Assembly: GCA_010093605.1 (NCBI GenBank) | Contig: MU004185.1 | Span: forward strand, 517,334 to 581,333 | DNA: 64,000 nucleotides | From: Lophium mytilinum | Taxonomy: Eukaryota | Direction: 5' to 3' | In this document: positions 10,211-22,333 of the stretch, in pieces | Numbering within the stretch: position 1 is the stretch's first letter | Layout: every line of letters starts with the position of its first letter | The notes under the pieces: model-generated | Databases searched by the model: none | What the model saw: the letters and a program-made list of their open reading frames with translations, nothing else | Told to the model about the DNA's origin: nothing | Position numbers and translations under genes: made by a program

Positions 10211-12199
10211 TCATGCGAATGCGTCCGCGGGGAGGGCTGCCTTGTAGGTCTCGAAGGTAACTAAGGCGGTATGTAGGTCCCAGTTGCTTTGCTCCAGGCA
10301 CTGCGTGGCCGCCGCCGCGGTCAATCCGGTGACTTTGGCAACCTCCAATACCATCTGATCTCGCTCCATCACTGGTGCAATAGGTGCTGGTGCCGGTGCC
10401 ATGGCCAATGCAACACCTGGTAGGCCCAACTGTTGATTGAGTTGGAGCTCTTCCTGCTTCGCAACCTGAGCTCTGAATGCCGAAAATCCTCCATAAGCTC
10501 GGACCGTGAGAATGTCGCTCTGGATTCTGACTCCAGTTGGTCCTCCTGGACCCACGATGAAGGTGCGGTCGAAGCTTCGGCGCATCGTCCTATCCTGGCG
10601 TGCAGAGATCGGCTCCTCATATTCCCCGTGAATTGTCACCACGAATCCAAGGAGTCCTTGCGGGTAGGTATTGGTTGGGTCGCGAACACCTTGTTGGGCG
10701 TGGCACTCGATAACCCACTTGTGAAAGTCGCTAGTCAAGGCCGGGTGACGAGTGGCTGGGAGTTGGGTCCAGATCTTGGCAATCTCTTCGGGTCCGGTGA
10801 CCTTGCGAATGGTGCGGACGTTGGGGTTGTTGAGATGCTTGAGATTCCTGCTGAACCGAATATATGGATCCCAAGCTTGCTTCTGCATTGGATCTTGTAC
10901 ATCTTTATCGCGCAGTGCGTGGGTGTTGATGTTGATGGAGAAGCTGCAATCTTTATCGTAGTACTTGTTGGCAAGCGCAGCACGATCGCTGTCGTAGGCT
11001 GGGAAAAACTCAAGCAAAAGGTTCTGTACGATATCATTCTCATCGTTGAAGTCTGGCTTCATGACCCATGGGATAGCCTTGGGTTCATCCATCTGTGCGA
11101 GTTGTGCATCGGTGCGGACTTCGATGCCGTTGAGAACTCGAAGCTTAGGGAACCACTTCATCACCTCGACCTCCCAGCCGGGCTGCAGCTTTTCGATGGG
11201 GTTGTTGTTGAGAAGAAGCTGTTCGAGAAGTCGGAATTTGTGCCTCCAGGCAATGAGGGCAGATGTGTTTTCGATCTTGTTACCGGACAGGTCGAGGTTC
11301 TTCAAGTCGGGAAAGGTTTGCGCGAGCGAGGTGACGATTGAAAGATTGAGAAGACTGTTATCGGCAAGGGACACGCTCTGGATGGTCTCGCGCTTTTCCT
11401 CTGCTGTCTGGAACTGTGCGCTGCAGACTTTCATCGTGGCTAGGAAGAACTTGCCCTGAGTCTCCTCGGTCTTGAACATGCCGATTTCCTGAAGTTTCTC
11501 GTCCGTGCCGAGAGCGTTGAGCCGCAGGAGATTCGAGGAGGGATCGAAGCGACGGGAGAGGAAGTCTTGAATCAACTGCTGTACTTCGTTGGGGGGTTCC
11601 GGGGAGGTGGCGCTGTTGTGTGGGGACCTTGACCGCGGTGGGTTCTCGCAGGTGACTATGATGGGCTTTCCGGCGAAGACGAAGTTGTTCAGTCGCGAGT
11701 AGGCTTCGTATTCTTGCTGCGGAACGAAGATGTGGAGGATGTCGCCCTCGACGCGAGACCTATTGATGCGAGAGCCGGTGGCAGCTTTTCCACCGCGTTG
11801 CCTGAAGATGGCGCTCCTCTTGGTGGCATGTCGCTCGAGAAAGGTAATGAGGCTGGAGACGCCGCGGTCCTCGTTGGACGAGGCCTTGCTATTGACCCAG
11901 CCGGTGACCTGCAACTCTACGAGAGAGCTCTGTCGATCTGGGGTGATGTTTCGCATCGAAGCAGGGCGGGCGCCGTCGCCTACATGCTTGAGGATATCGC
12001 GCTGGAGACGCTCCGTGTTGATGCCGCCTCCACGTCCACGGCCTCCTCTTCCACGTCCTCCTCTTCCGCCGCGGTCTCCAGGCCTAGAGATGCCTCCTTC
12101 CATGACCACATCGCCCTCGCGGTCTGTCTTCGATCGCCGGCTTCGTGCTCCGTGGTGGGAGAAGCCATCGGCGGAGCGCTTCCCTCCTGGGATAGTCAT
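10211..12199 (-). CDS. MEX67: mRNA export factor Mex67/NXF1
   Basis: RGG-rich N-terminus, LRR (LKNLDLSGN), NTF2-like domain (RSFDRTFIVGPG) and C-terminal TAP-C/UBA (CLEQSNWDL). Single exon. Confidence 0.93.
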   Translation of the reverse strand: MTIPGGKRSADGFSHHGARSRRSKTDREGDVVMEGGISRPGDRGGRGGRGRGGRGRGGGINTERLQRDILKHVGDGARPASMRNITPDRQSSLVELQVTGWVNSKASSNEDRGVSSLITFLERHATKRSAIFRQRGGKAATGSRINRSRVEGDILHIFVPQQEYEAYSRLNNFVFAGKPIIVTCENPPRSRSPHNSATSPEPPNEVQQLIQDFLSRRFDPSSNLLRLNALGTDEKLQEIGMFKTEETQGKFFLATMKVCSAQFQTAEEKRETIQSVSLADNSLLNLSIVTSLAQTFPDLKNLDLSGNKIENTSALIAWRHKFRLLEQLLLNNNPIEKLQPGWEVEVMKWFPKLRVLNGIEVRTDAQLAQMDEPKAIPWVMKPDFNDENDIVQNLLLEFFPAYDSDRAALANKYYDKDCSFSININTHALRDKDVQDPMQKQAWDPYIRFSRNLKHLNNPNVRTIRKVTGPEEIAKIWTQLPATRHPALTSDFHKWVIECHAQQGVRDPTNTYPQGLLGFVVTIHGEYEEPISARQDRTMRRSFDRTFIVGPGGPTGVRIQSDILTVRAYGGFSAFRAQVAKQEELQLNQQLGLPGVALAMAPAPAPIAPVMERDQMVLEVAKVTGLTAAAATQCLEQSNWDLHTALVTFETYKAALPADAFA

Positions 12200-13134
12200 G
12201 GCTGAGTATGGTAGTGTTGCGGAAGGTAGTGGTTTGAGTGTGAGAGATTGGTGTGGATTGTGGGTTGTGGGTTGTATGGTGGGTAAGGTATGTGAAGGAG
12301 TGTGTTGGAGGAAGGAAAGTGGTCGGCCAGAGGAAGGGCTATTGAAGCCGCAGAACAATAAGAATCCCCAGCCGCGCTTCTTATTGTTCTTATTGTCGGT
12401 GAAAGTCTTGTGCAGGCAGCGCCAGGTAGCTTTAGGCGCGGCTGGGCGGCCCCACTATGCTGACTCATCCAGGCACGCTGCGCCCTGCCTACGTAGGTGA
12501 AATCTGGGGTCACTGCTGGGCTCCAGCGGTTTCAATAACCTTTCAGATACCCCATAACCAGTTCAATGCGAACAGCGCATCGTGCATATATTCTGCAATT
12601 GGATTGGAGTATGTTTAGTATGCGTATACATTTGTATACACCTGATGCGGCTTGTGCGAATTCAGAATGTCACTCATTTGTGCCCCGCGTGCCCCTCTGC
12701 AAGCTGCCCAATCACGTGCATTCACTATACCACATCTCTTGCTATATGGTCAGGCACTCAATTCACCCAGCGCTATCTGCACAGGTTCAGTCAGAGCTTT
12801 GTGTGGTTCTGACTACGGAGTCACAGATTAGGACATTCCTTGGGCGCGAAAGATTGGCACAATGTGTTTGAAGTAATAGCTTCACCTTTTTATTCTCCCC
12901 TTTTGTTCCCTAAGACAGTTCTAGCTACTGGGTATCCTCTAGGGCGAGCTTCGGACAACCTTGATCCCCCTATAGCTACCCCAATTGGACAAGCAATTCA
13001 CCATTCTATCGTGCCTACTCATCAAGCCGTCACAGCATTGGTGACACCCCATTACTGAATCTTGGATCGCGATCGAAGTCTTTCTAACCAAAGCGCGATG
13101 TCGATATTGAGACTCGAATGCACAGTTACATTGC

Positions 13135-14580
13135 TTAAAACGCTCCTTTGAGTCTTTCAAAGTTCTCCCTGCGCGCCTGTACCTCGCCTAGAGTCTCTTC
13201 GGCGCTGATGACTTTCTGCTCCCCTTCCTCCAGATTCCCCTGTAGATACTGTCTCGTGCTCACAGAGACGTCTTTCGCGGCACTTGCCCATGCTAAGGCG
13301 CTGCTCGCACCCGGCGTAACAAGATGACTCTCATCCGCTAGCCTCCCAATCGTCCGGAGTGATTCCTCCGAAGTAAGAGCCAATTGGTGCCGAAGATACG
13401 TGCCTTGTTGAAGCAAAGCCCGCTCTTCGCGTGCCGTTTGGAGCAGAGACGGCATGAATGGTAATATGTCTACCACCTTGACGCTTTCTGCGTTTGTGTC
13501 GGGACTCGAGGTTTCCACGTCCTTTGGTGGCGCTATTGTCGTGATGTTGGAGTGCTCCTGGCCTTTGACAGCATCCATTGTCTTGACCAGCTCTGCCCTG
13601 ACTGCGACGTACTCCCTATACCGCTCTTCGATCTCTTCAAGGGGCGGCCTCCCCTCCCCGTCGCCATCCCCCGCGTGCGCTGCTCTCTTCTTGACTGGAG
13701 AGGCGTCCTCCAAGACACTCTCCTCCTGCAGTTTCCCCAGCTCGTCCTCTAGCCATCGCACAAGCTCGGCTTTTGCAGCCCTCAGCCCTCGAACCTGCAA
13801 TCTCACCCCAACCTCATCCCCCTCAATACCGCTCTTAGCCTTTATCTTCCTCTCCTCTGTCGCGTCCATGTCCGCCTTTGCGCTGACAACCCCTCTTTTG
13901 ACTCTCCACACCATCTCCTCCACCATCGCCTTCCCACTCTCCTCCCCGATCCCCTCCAACTTCACACTGGGCATATCCGGCTGCTTCCCCACAATCTCCT
14001 CCACCACCTCTCGAACGCCTGTCCTCCTTTTCCCAATCCCTCCAGCCCCACCCTCTGCAAGCCGCGCATCCCATACTTTCTCAACCGCCTTATCCACCAC
14101 CCTCGCTCTCTCCACCTTCCGCCTCAACTTGACCAGCTGGATATACTCCTCCGCCGCCCCGTCCCCACGAGTGACATCCCTCGACGCGCTATCCACAGCC
14201 CGACTTTCCCTCAGCTCTTCGATCTCATCCCGGAGGGCCTGATACCGCTTCTTCGCCGCAGCGTGCGATTGGAGCGCGGAGAGGTATGCAGCACGCACAC
14301 GAGCGTCCCCTCCGCCTTGTAGCTCTTTTGGTGTGCGCTTGACGACGAGTGTGGATGGCGGGGCCGCGAGGGTGAGATGCGTGATGGGGGTCTCGCCATC
14401 TGCACTGTCTCCATCGTTCTCGTATGTGAGTGAGGCGGCGAGGTGTGCAGAGAGCAGACGACGGATGCGGAGGGTTTCGGCTCGAGTGTGGATGTAGGGA
14501 GCGAGGGCGGCGGCGACTTCGGGGAGGGGAGGGTTTTGGGTTGGGTTCATAGGTAGGGGAGACTGTGGTAAGGGAGCCAT
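13135..14580 (-). CDS. Hypothetical coiled-coil protein (481 aa)
   Basis: Long single-exon ORF with helical, charged composition. Family not recognised. Confidence 0.8.
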   Translation of the reverse strand: MAPLPQSPLPMNPTQNPPLPEVAAALAPYIHTRAETLRIRRLLSAHLAASLTYENDGDSADGETPITHLTLAAPPSTLVVKRTPKELQGGGDARVRAAYLSALQSHAAAKKRYQALRDEIEELRESRAVDSASRDVTRGDGAAEEYIQLVKLRRKVERARVVDKAVEKVWDARLAEGGAGGIGKRRTGVREVVEEIVGKQPDMPSVKLEGIGEESGKAMVEEMVWRVKRGVVSAKADMDATEERKIKAKSGIEGDEVGVRLQVRGLRAAKAELVRWLEDELGKLQEESVLEDASPVKKRAAHAGDGDGEGRPPLEEIEERYREYVAVRAELVKTMDAVKGQEHSNITTIAPPKDVETSSPDTNAESVKVVDILPFMPSLLQTAREERALLQQGTYLRHQLALTSEESLRTIGRLADESHLVTPGASSALAWASAAKDVSVSTRQYLQGNLEEGEQKVISAEETLGEVQARRENFERLKGAF

Positions 14581-15288
14581 TCTGTGGTGGTTGCGCTTTG
14601 TAGCTTGTTGCTGTCTTGTTTTTTGTGAAACAAAGAGTGGGGATCGGGAAAAGAACGAACGTCACGCGCTACCACGTGATGATTTTGATGAGCGCAAATG
14701 TGGAGGGTGAAACATTGGTTCGATGCGGGTAGATAGCGAGTCGAGTTAGGAGGTTTTCGTCTTCCACCTGCTAAAGCTAGTATCTACAACTCGTATGGGA
14801 TGGCCTCGGCGTTTCCGAAGCTTATAAAATCTACAGACTTCAGCTTCACAGTGATACTCTACAGCCATAATCGCTGCCCTTATGATGAACACTCTGATTC
14901 ATGTCAATCTCGAACGAGATAGCCAACATGGTCTACCTTGTATGCAGCGGACGAACTCCCCTTCGAAAACTCCCAGCCCGTCATTGCAGCACGTCTCGAA
15001 CACGGACCCAAATGTTCATCTCGTAGATTGCCGTGGCACACGCAGTGTATCTCTCCAAATAACCAATAGATAACACCACGAGGGTAGCTGCAGGTACCTT
15101 TGCCGGGAACCCGGGTCATTCATCGCAAGTCGCCTCCAGTCGGGCGCTTTGGTATCCACCTCCCCAACGAGGTAAGGAGCTTCAGATCCTAGTGACTTCA
15201 TAAGGTAGGTGGGAACTTAAGCTTATTCTCGAGCCGGAATTCAAATATCGTCCAATTCTCATCTCTTTGTTTCCCGATTGTCGCAAAC

Positions 15289-16458
15289 ATGAGGTCTCAA
15301 TTCGTTTTCTCGGGTGCGCTGCTTCTGGCTCCTGCCATTGCTTCACTTTATGGCGAGAGCAATCTCAACCACACTTGTCTCTTCAGTATGTACTCACAAT
15401 TACGAACCTGTAGAGTACTCTAACTAGATCATAGGCAAGCCATTATTATCATGCTCGCCCGGCGCAATCCCTTCTGAAGTGGACACTTGCTGCGTAGAGA
15501 CGTTTGGGGGGCTATTGTTACAGACCCAGATTTGGAGCTCGTACACTGGTTTCGAGTCAGAAGGCCAGGTCTTGCCCAAGAACTCATGGACGGTCCATGG
15601 ATTGTGGCCGGACTTCTGCAATGGTTCATACACGCAATACTGTGACCTGAATCGGCAATATGATCCTAATCCTTCTCCAAACACCACGAATGCTCTTCCC
15701 AATGGTACGGCACTAAGACAGACGCTCATTTGGGTGATTATTCGCTAACAGAATGTAGGCACCGTAGTTCCTCCTTACAAAGGTCCGGGTATTAGCACGT
15801 TCGTTGAGGCCTTCGGGAAATTCGATCTTTTAGCCTGGATGAACAAGTGAGCAACGAATTCTATCGATAATACATGAACGGTCACTTACCGCGTATCAGG
15901 TACTGGGTGTCATCAGGCAGCCCGAATCAGGACTTCTGGGGCCACGAGTTCTCCAAACACGCAACTTGCTACTCCACTTTCGACGTCCCTTGCTACGGCC
16001 CTCAGTACAAGGAGCACGAGGAAGTTGTCGACTTCTTCGAAACCACCATCAAGTTCTTCCAGAAGTACCCCACGTTCCAATGGCTCGCACAGGATGGCAT
16101 TCGGCCCACGAACGTGACTGCTTACTCGCTGTCTGACATCCAGGGCACATTGGCGAAGCGCTCCGGTGGCATCCCGTATGTCAGCTGCACTGGACCGCGT
16201 TACAACACCACGGATGCAGGGAAAGGTTCGCTTGACAACGGCGCTACCGTTCTCGGCGAGATTTGGTATTACTCGCATGTAAGTTTAGGTGGCGTTGACT
16301 GCTGTTGCTTCAAGTCCTCGACTAACTCGGCGTAGGTCAAGGGTAGGCCTCAAGACAGCCATTCTGTGCCGACGGATGCAACAGGATCTACCTCGAACTG
16401 CGCGAAGGCGCCTAATGCTGTTCACTACTACCAAAGGGCCAAAGGGTCGGAGAAATGA
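15289..16458 (+). CDS. Secreted ribonuclease T2
   Basis: Signal peptide, CAS I WTVHGLWPD and CAS II FWGHEFSKHATC motifs. Five exons. Confidence 0.95.
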
Positions 16459-17618
16459 GGGTCGATCCCGCAGGCTCAAACATGCCGTAAGAAGACGCTT
16501 CTAATGATAATTTATTCAGCGATCTACGAAATAGTGAAACGGTGACGTGGATATATAATTTAGGATAGTAGAAAGCTCCTGTGTCAGCAAGTTATGTTTG
16601 GGTTCATGATTTGTAGTGAGCCTTTTGGGAGCTGTCAGGGTCTCAAACTCTCGGTTTCGCTTTCCCTCTGAGAACTTTCCCGATTTAGAGCCAATTGAGG
16701 GCCTGGGATGTCTGGCTTCGAATGAACATTGATGCGATTTGCATCTGCATTCCAAGGACATGTCTAACTTACTGACGGCAGTACTGAGGAATATAAGCCT
16801 GGAATTCCTTCCATCCCTCAACTTCTTCACTCCATCGCCCACTCGAAGCTCCGACGGCTCATGCAAACAGACGCCTGCTACTCGGTTCGCCTTTATGCAC
16901 GACACCAGCAATCCCAAGACGTCGGCCTATCGCCTTTTATGCTTCTGCAGTTCAACGACACTGCCCTCCTGTTGGCTATAGCAGTACGGAACCAATGACG
17001 AAAGAATATGCTACCATATCCCGTCCGTGACTAGGATCGCGCTCTTTACCCTGTTCAATGCAAGAATCCACGTTCTGTCACGCAAAGGGCGTGTTCTACC
17101 TTGCGTATTCGCAGCGATGCCGCGTCACCAGATTCAATTCGGGTGGCGTTCTGCAAAATAATCTGGCAATTCTTTGAGGCTCAATACGGCGAATTGATAT
17201 CCCAAAGCTTCTCAGGTGAAACCATTCACAAAGAGTCCCGAATGGGAGAAGCGCGTCCCTAGACGCAGGTTCCCGGTAAAAGAGTTCTACAACGACCGGG
17301 TAACGCGAACAACTTCAACTTCAACTTCAGTCCCAAGCTGCGCGCAGCATGTCGGCCTTCTCGCCTCCCATGGGCCTCGTCGGCGAGGGAGCGGGCTGTC
17401 TCGCTCGTGCAGACTCCCCCACCATTGATGATGCACGAGCTCCCTGTTCAGGCCTAGCCTGGATGCTCTCATTTTCGTCTCCACAAGCAGCGTCAATAGC
17501 ACCCGACATATGCTCCTGGCGCCTTTGTCCGTGACCATGGCGTCCAGCCTACTTATCTTCTGCTGCAGGCCAGCCAGTACGTGGAACTCCACCTGGCCAA
17601 CTCCTGTATTATTCACAT

Positions 17619-18947
17619 ATGCTCCCAGCAGTTCGCGCCGCCTCCCACTTCACTCCCCGTAGCCCCACTACTCTGCCTATAAGAGCTGCCCGAGCACGAT
17701 TCTTCACCGCAAGAACTCGCCCGAAGAACGCCTCGCTATTGCCGCCCTTCAGCATGACCAAGTACTCCAAAGTCGCCTCCAATGGCGCCCGAGCCGTCTC
17801 CAACGTCTCCAATGGCTCCAACGGCCGACCCACCCACAATGCCTGGTCCTCGCCTGGCCCCTCTGCGTTCGATCTACGTAGCGATGTCGTGACCACTCCC
17901 ACGAGCTCCATGCTCCAAGCAATAGCGCAGACAACTCTCCTCGACGATGTTTTCACCGAAGACCCAACCACCAACTCGCTCGAGGCCTTCATCGCCGAGC
18001 TCACGGGCAAGCCCGCCGCCCTCCTCGTACTCTCCGGCTCCATGGGGAACCAGGTCGCCATCCGCGCCCACCTCGGCGCGCCTCCCAATGCCATTCTCTG
18101 CGATCAGCGCTGCCATATCATCCAGTACGAAGCCGGCGGCGTGGCCAGCACGAGCGGCGCAATGGTGCAGACCATCGTGCCCGCGAACAAGAAATACATC
18201 ACGCTGGAAGAGGTCGAGGCGAACGCCGTGCTGGGCGACAACATCCACTCGTGCCCGACCAAGATCGTTGAGGTCGAGAACACCCTGAACGGGACTATCA
18301 TGCCGCTCGCCGAGCTACGCCGCATCAGCAAGTGGGCGCGCGAAAGAGATATCATCGTGCACATGGACGGCGCCCGGCTATGGGAAGCCGTTGCGGCGGG
18401 TGCGGGCTCGCTGAAGGAGTTCTGCGCAGAGGTGGACAGCGTGAGTTTGTGCTTCAGCAAGGGCTTGGGCGCGCCGATTGGGAGCATCATCGCGGGTAGC
18501 GAGACGTTCATCAAGAAGGCGCGGTGGGTGCGGAAGACGCTCGGGGGCGGGCTTCGGCAGGCGGGCGTTGTGGCGGCGCCGGCTAGGGTTGCGGTGGAGG
18601 AGACGTTCCTGGGCGGGAAGCTCAAGCAGAGCCACGTCACGGCGAAGCGGGTGGAGAAGATCTGGCAGGACCTCGGCGGGAAGACGCTGTATCCGGTCGA
18701 CACGAACATGGTCTGGCTGGACTTTGCGGCGAATGGGGTCGTCGAGGATAAGTTTGTTACGCTCGGGGATAAGTATGGGCTCAAGCTGAACGGGGCCCGG
18801 CTTGTGATACACTACCAGATCGGCGAAGAGGCGGTCTCGAAGCTCGAGCAGGTCTTCACAGAGGTGTTGAAGGGCAAGAAGGGCAGTTCGAAGAAGCGGA
18901 AAGCCGACGTCAGTGCGGAGGAGCTGAAGCTTCAGCACGTCGAATGA
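17619..18947 (+). CDS. GLY1: Low-specificity L-threonine aldolase (PLP-dependent)
   Basis: DLRSDVVT, SGSMGNQVA, HMDGARLW and the PLP-lysine motif SLCFSKGLGAPIGS. Alternative ATG at 17754. Confidence 0.95.
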   Translation: MLPAVRAASHFTPRSPTTLPIRAARARFFTARTRPKNASLLPPFSMTKYSKVASNGARAVSNVSNGSNGRPTHNAWSSPGPSAFDLRSDVVTTPTSSMLQAIAQTTLLDDVFTEDPTTNSLEAFIAELTGKPAALLVLSGSMGNQVAIRAHLGAPPNAILCDQRCHIIQYEAGGVASTSGAMVQTIVPANKKYITLEEVEANAVLGDNIHSCPTKIVEVENTLNGTIMPLAELRRISKWARERDIIVHMDGARLWEAVAAGAGSLKEFCAEVDSVSLCFSKGLGAPIGSIIAGSETFIKKARWVRKTLGGGLRQAGVVAAPARVAVEETFLGGKLKQSHVTAKRVEKIWQDLGGKTLYPVDTNMVWLDFAANGVVEDKFVTLGDKYGLKLNGARLVIHYQIGEEAVSKLEQVFTEVLKGKKGSSKKRKADVSAEELKLQHVE

Positions 18948-20559
18948 GGTGTCGTAGGGCTTGCATGTCAATAAAGCTGGGCGGGTTGGTGCTACGGTGG
19001 TACAACTCCTGTTTCGGAACCGCAGCTCTTAAAGGTAGACTAATCCTCCCCATGGCTAACGGTCAGGGGCTCTGAATGCGGCGCAGTTTTCGTCGTTGTC
19101 TCGGAAGAGACATGTCGATATATTGCTGTTTTACTTTCCCGATAGATAGCGTACGAAGGGAAAAGCGTCGTCTGGCATAGACTTACAGATCATGAAATAG
19201 AACGAGTTCGTTTCTGTAATAGAATTCTGCAACCGTCGCAAAGCAAGGAAGTTTCTACATGTAGATTGATGTCCTTGTTTCCTCTGTGCATCACAAACTC
19301 CACTTTTCTATCCCACATACTTCGTCAGTACAATATCATATTCCGCTCCGCCTAGAATGTCGCTTCCTGTACATCCAACAACCCACCTCTCCTTCATCCT
19401 AAGGCCTCGCTAATATCACACCAACCATCACCTTAACTATCACGTTCAGCTCGCAACTTCTAACCGTTCTCAGAGTCTGCTCCGAATCCCCTCCTCTTTC
19501 GCTCCAACAACTAAACACATATCTCGACCTCCCCCGGCCTCACCCGATGCCTATCACGCACGTGCTTCTCACCCTAGCCATCACGAGTGTCACATGGCTA
19601 AGCACGTGTTCCCTTCCTCGCTCAGATATATAAACTTATTCCCAGAACCCAGAAACTTCTTTCTGCAGAGTTCTCTCATGTTCTGGGCTTGGGATCAAAA
19701 TCGACAGACTTACGAGGAGGCTATGTCCAGTGGCGGGATCGTGTCAAAACGTTGCTACAGAAAGGACATGGGAGGGGTGGAGAGGTTGTGGGTGCAACAC
19801 GGATCACAGAGATGATGCATGGTAGAGTGGTGGGAGTTAAAAAACCGATGCAAAATGAACGTATGGAGTGGGTGTGGGTGGGAGTTCAAAATCGGTCGGG
19901 ATTGGATGAATAGAGTGGTGGGTGGACTAGTGGGTGCGCCCACTGCCACTGCAGGGGTTGATGATGGGTAGCAGTATCATTTGAAGCTGTTGTTGGCTGC
20001 TGAAAGTAGGTTAATTCCAGGGGGCGGTGATTTTAGATATTCTTACGCATACGTGAAAGGAGGAGGCGAGTAGCAGGAGAAGGTCATGGTGGTCGGCATC
20101 GTGCAAGCAGTGCTGCACCCATTATCCACTTTCTTCTTGGGTTCTTGCACCATGCGGGCTTCGGCCGCTTCATGTTGCGTATAAACGGGTGGAAAACTCC
20201 ACTGCGTCTCCCACATAGACGACGGTGACTGCGAACTTTTGACGCCACATAAGACGCTGGCTTGGCAGTTTTTGCATGACATCAATCTCCTATTCAATCC
20301 TACTTCTCTGGAAGAAGCCGGGGGCCAGTGCGAGGATTATATACCTCATTTACAAGAGAGAGGAACGTGGTTATCGTGTGACTTGATGGCGGTTTGCTCC
20401 TTGTCAACTCGGTACTCATATAAGTCCCGTGAGAGACCGCACTGTTCTTCTCAACCAACTTACAAAGCTCACGTTAATCAACATGGTAGTTGGTAGTAAA
20501 GGTTCCGATCGTAATATTCTCATGGTGCCCACATCCTGAAGTGACTCCGTTTCACTGCC

Positions 20560-22333
20560 TTACGTCTGTTTGAGCCTGCGCAAAGGCTCCTGCTCTTCGT
20601 CCTGATCTTCATCCTGATCTTCGTCCGGAACTTCTTCTCGCGACTCTGTCTCAAATCCGTTCTCTTTCTCTTCTTCTTCCTGTTCATCCTTTTCTTCTTC
20701 TTCAGTAACCTCGGTTGTCTCTTCATTGTCGTTGTCGTCGTTGTCCCTAACAGCCTCGTCTTCACCTCCGTCTCCATCTTCTTCATTTGTCTCGGCAATT
20801 TCTGAGATCTCAGGTCTTTCCGCACTCAATCGACCCCAGTCCTCGACCCCACTGTCCACGCCATGTTGTCCGTAGTAGTCCGAGTAGAATTCCTTACCGC
20901 CATAGTTCACATAAAACCCCTTAACCCCATTATACCCCTCAGGCGGCGGTACAATCGGCGCCTCCTTAAACGGCGGCACCCCAAAAACCGGCGGCTCATC
21001 CGGAAACCACGGCGGCGGCAAAATCGACGCCTGCACAAACGGCGACGTCGTCGTATCCGGCACTTCCAGCGTCGTCGTCGGCAGGATGATCTCCACACTC
21101 GTGGACACCGGAATCTCAGGGACCTCCCACGGTGCCACAGGGACCTCAACCGACGTAGGAGCTTCAGGCGTCGACACCACCACCACATCATCCGCCACAG
21201 CCTTGAACACATGCAACGAGTTGATATCCCAAAACGCCTCCTTCATCTCCTCCGGATGGCCCGCAACATACGCCACACAACTCCCCAACCCATCCCCTGG
21301 CACGCTCATCGGGCACCCGTTCGCTTCAAACGTGTTCCCGCCATACGCTCCGCAAAACGTCGTATCGAACACGATCTGATGCTGCTTAAAGTGCTCATCG
21401 ATATCACACCCCGGCCCCGCAAAGCTCGCACCCGGGATGCCGAACTCATCCGGTTTCGGATTCGGCGTGTAGAGGGACGGGGGCACGGAGCCATGCGGCC
21501 AGAACCAGATGCGTATGGCAGCGGAGGTCCACTCCATGGCGTAGATACCGCCGCCTGCGGCGTTGAAGCCCGCGCCGTAGGAGTTTGGCTCGACCATTGC
21601 GGAGCCGCAGCCGATGTTGCCGGGGGCGGCGGGGGAGCAGTCGGGTTGGGAGAGGGTGGCGGTTTGGTTGGAGCCGGTGATGGTGCAGCCGGCGGAGGTG
21701 TGGGCGGAGGGTTTGTTGGCGGTCATGAGGTTGACGCCTTCGAGGATGTCTGGATCATGATTTTGTTAGTATAGTAGCTGTGTTTGGCGAAAATAGGTGG
21801 TGGTGAGGGTGTACCGATTTCGCCGTTGTTGGGCCAGTCTTTTCCGACTGTCCACCTGAGTGGTCGTTAGGTTTGGATATGATTATGATTGAAAGGGGGG
21901 TAGGATTGTACCATGCGGGCCAGACACCACATCCCACGGGCAAGTGGTTGAGATCTAGAACGAATAGGCCGTGAGTGTATGTTGCTTTGCTCTCGAGCCG
22001 CACACTCGGTCGTCCACGAGCATTGATAGGGTAAATGGTGTCAGAATCAACCCCGATATAGATGCTGTTCGCTTGATCCTTCATAAAGCCTGAAGAGAAG
22101 GCTGTGGGCTGGTCTACATAATTTACGAATCCGCTCGTTGGATCATCTCCCTTCTCAACTGTTAGATCTAAATTTGGAGTAGATTGACAAGGGAGGGTAT
22201 AGCATACTGTGAAATGATTGAACTCATTGAAGAAGTTGGAAGGCGTGTAGGCGTGGTCTAGCACATATTTTGCAGTCGAGAACGGAAATGGAATAGAAAG
22301 AAACACAAGTTTCAATGTAAATTGCGTTCGCAT
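20560..22333 (-). CDS. GH16 endo-1,3(4)-beta-glucanase (fungal laminarinase-like) with Pro-rich and acidic tail
   Basis: Signal peptide, DDPTSGFVNYV, GRPSVRLES, GCGVWPAW and the catalytic GEIDILEG split by an intron, then YAMEWTS and FDTTFCG. Confidence 0.9.

Noticed and set aside
10433..12500. Long plus-strand ORFs opposite MEX67, and similar antisense ORFs over the 481-aa gene, GLY1, GH16 and OPA3
   Set aside because: These are shadow frames caused by GC-rich codon usage of the real genes.
19300..20500. Short ORFs between GLY1 and the GH16 gene
   Set aside because: No coherent exon chain or recognisable motif.
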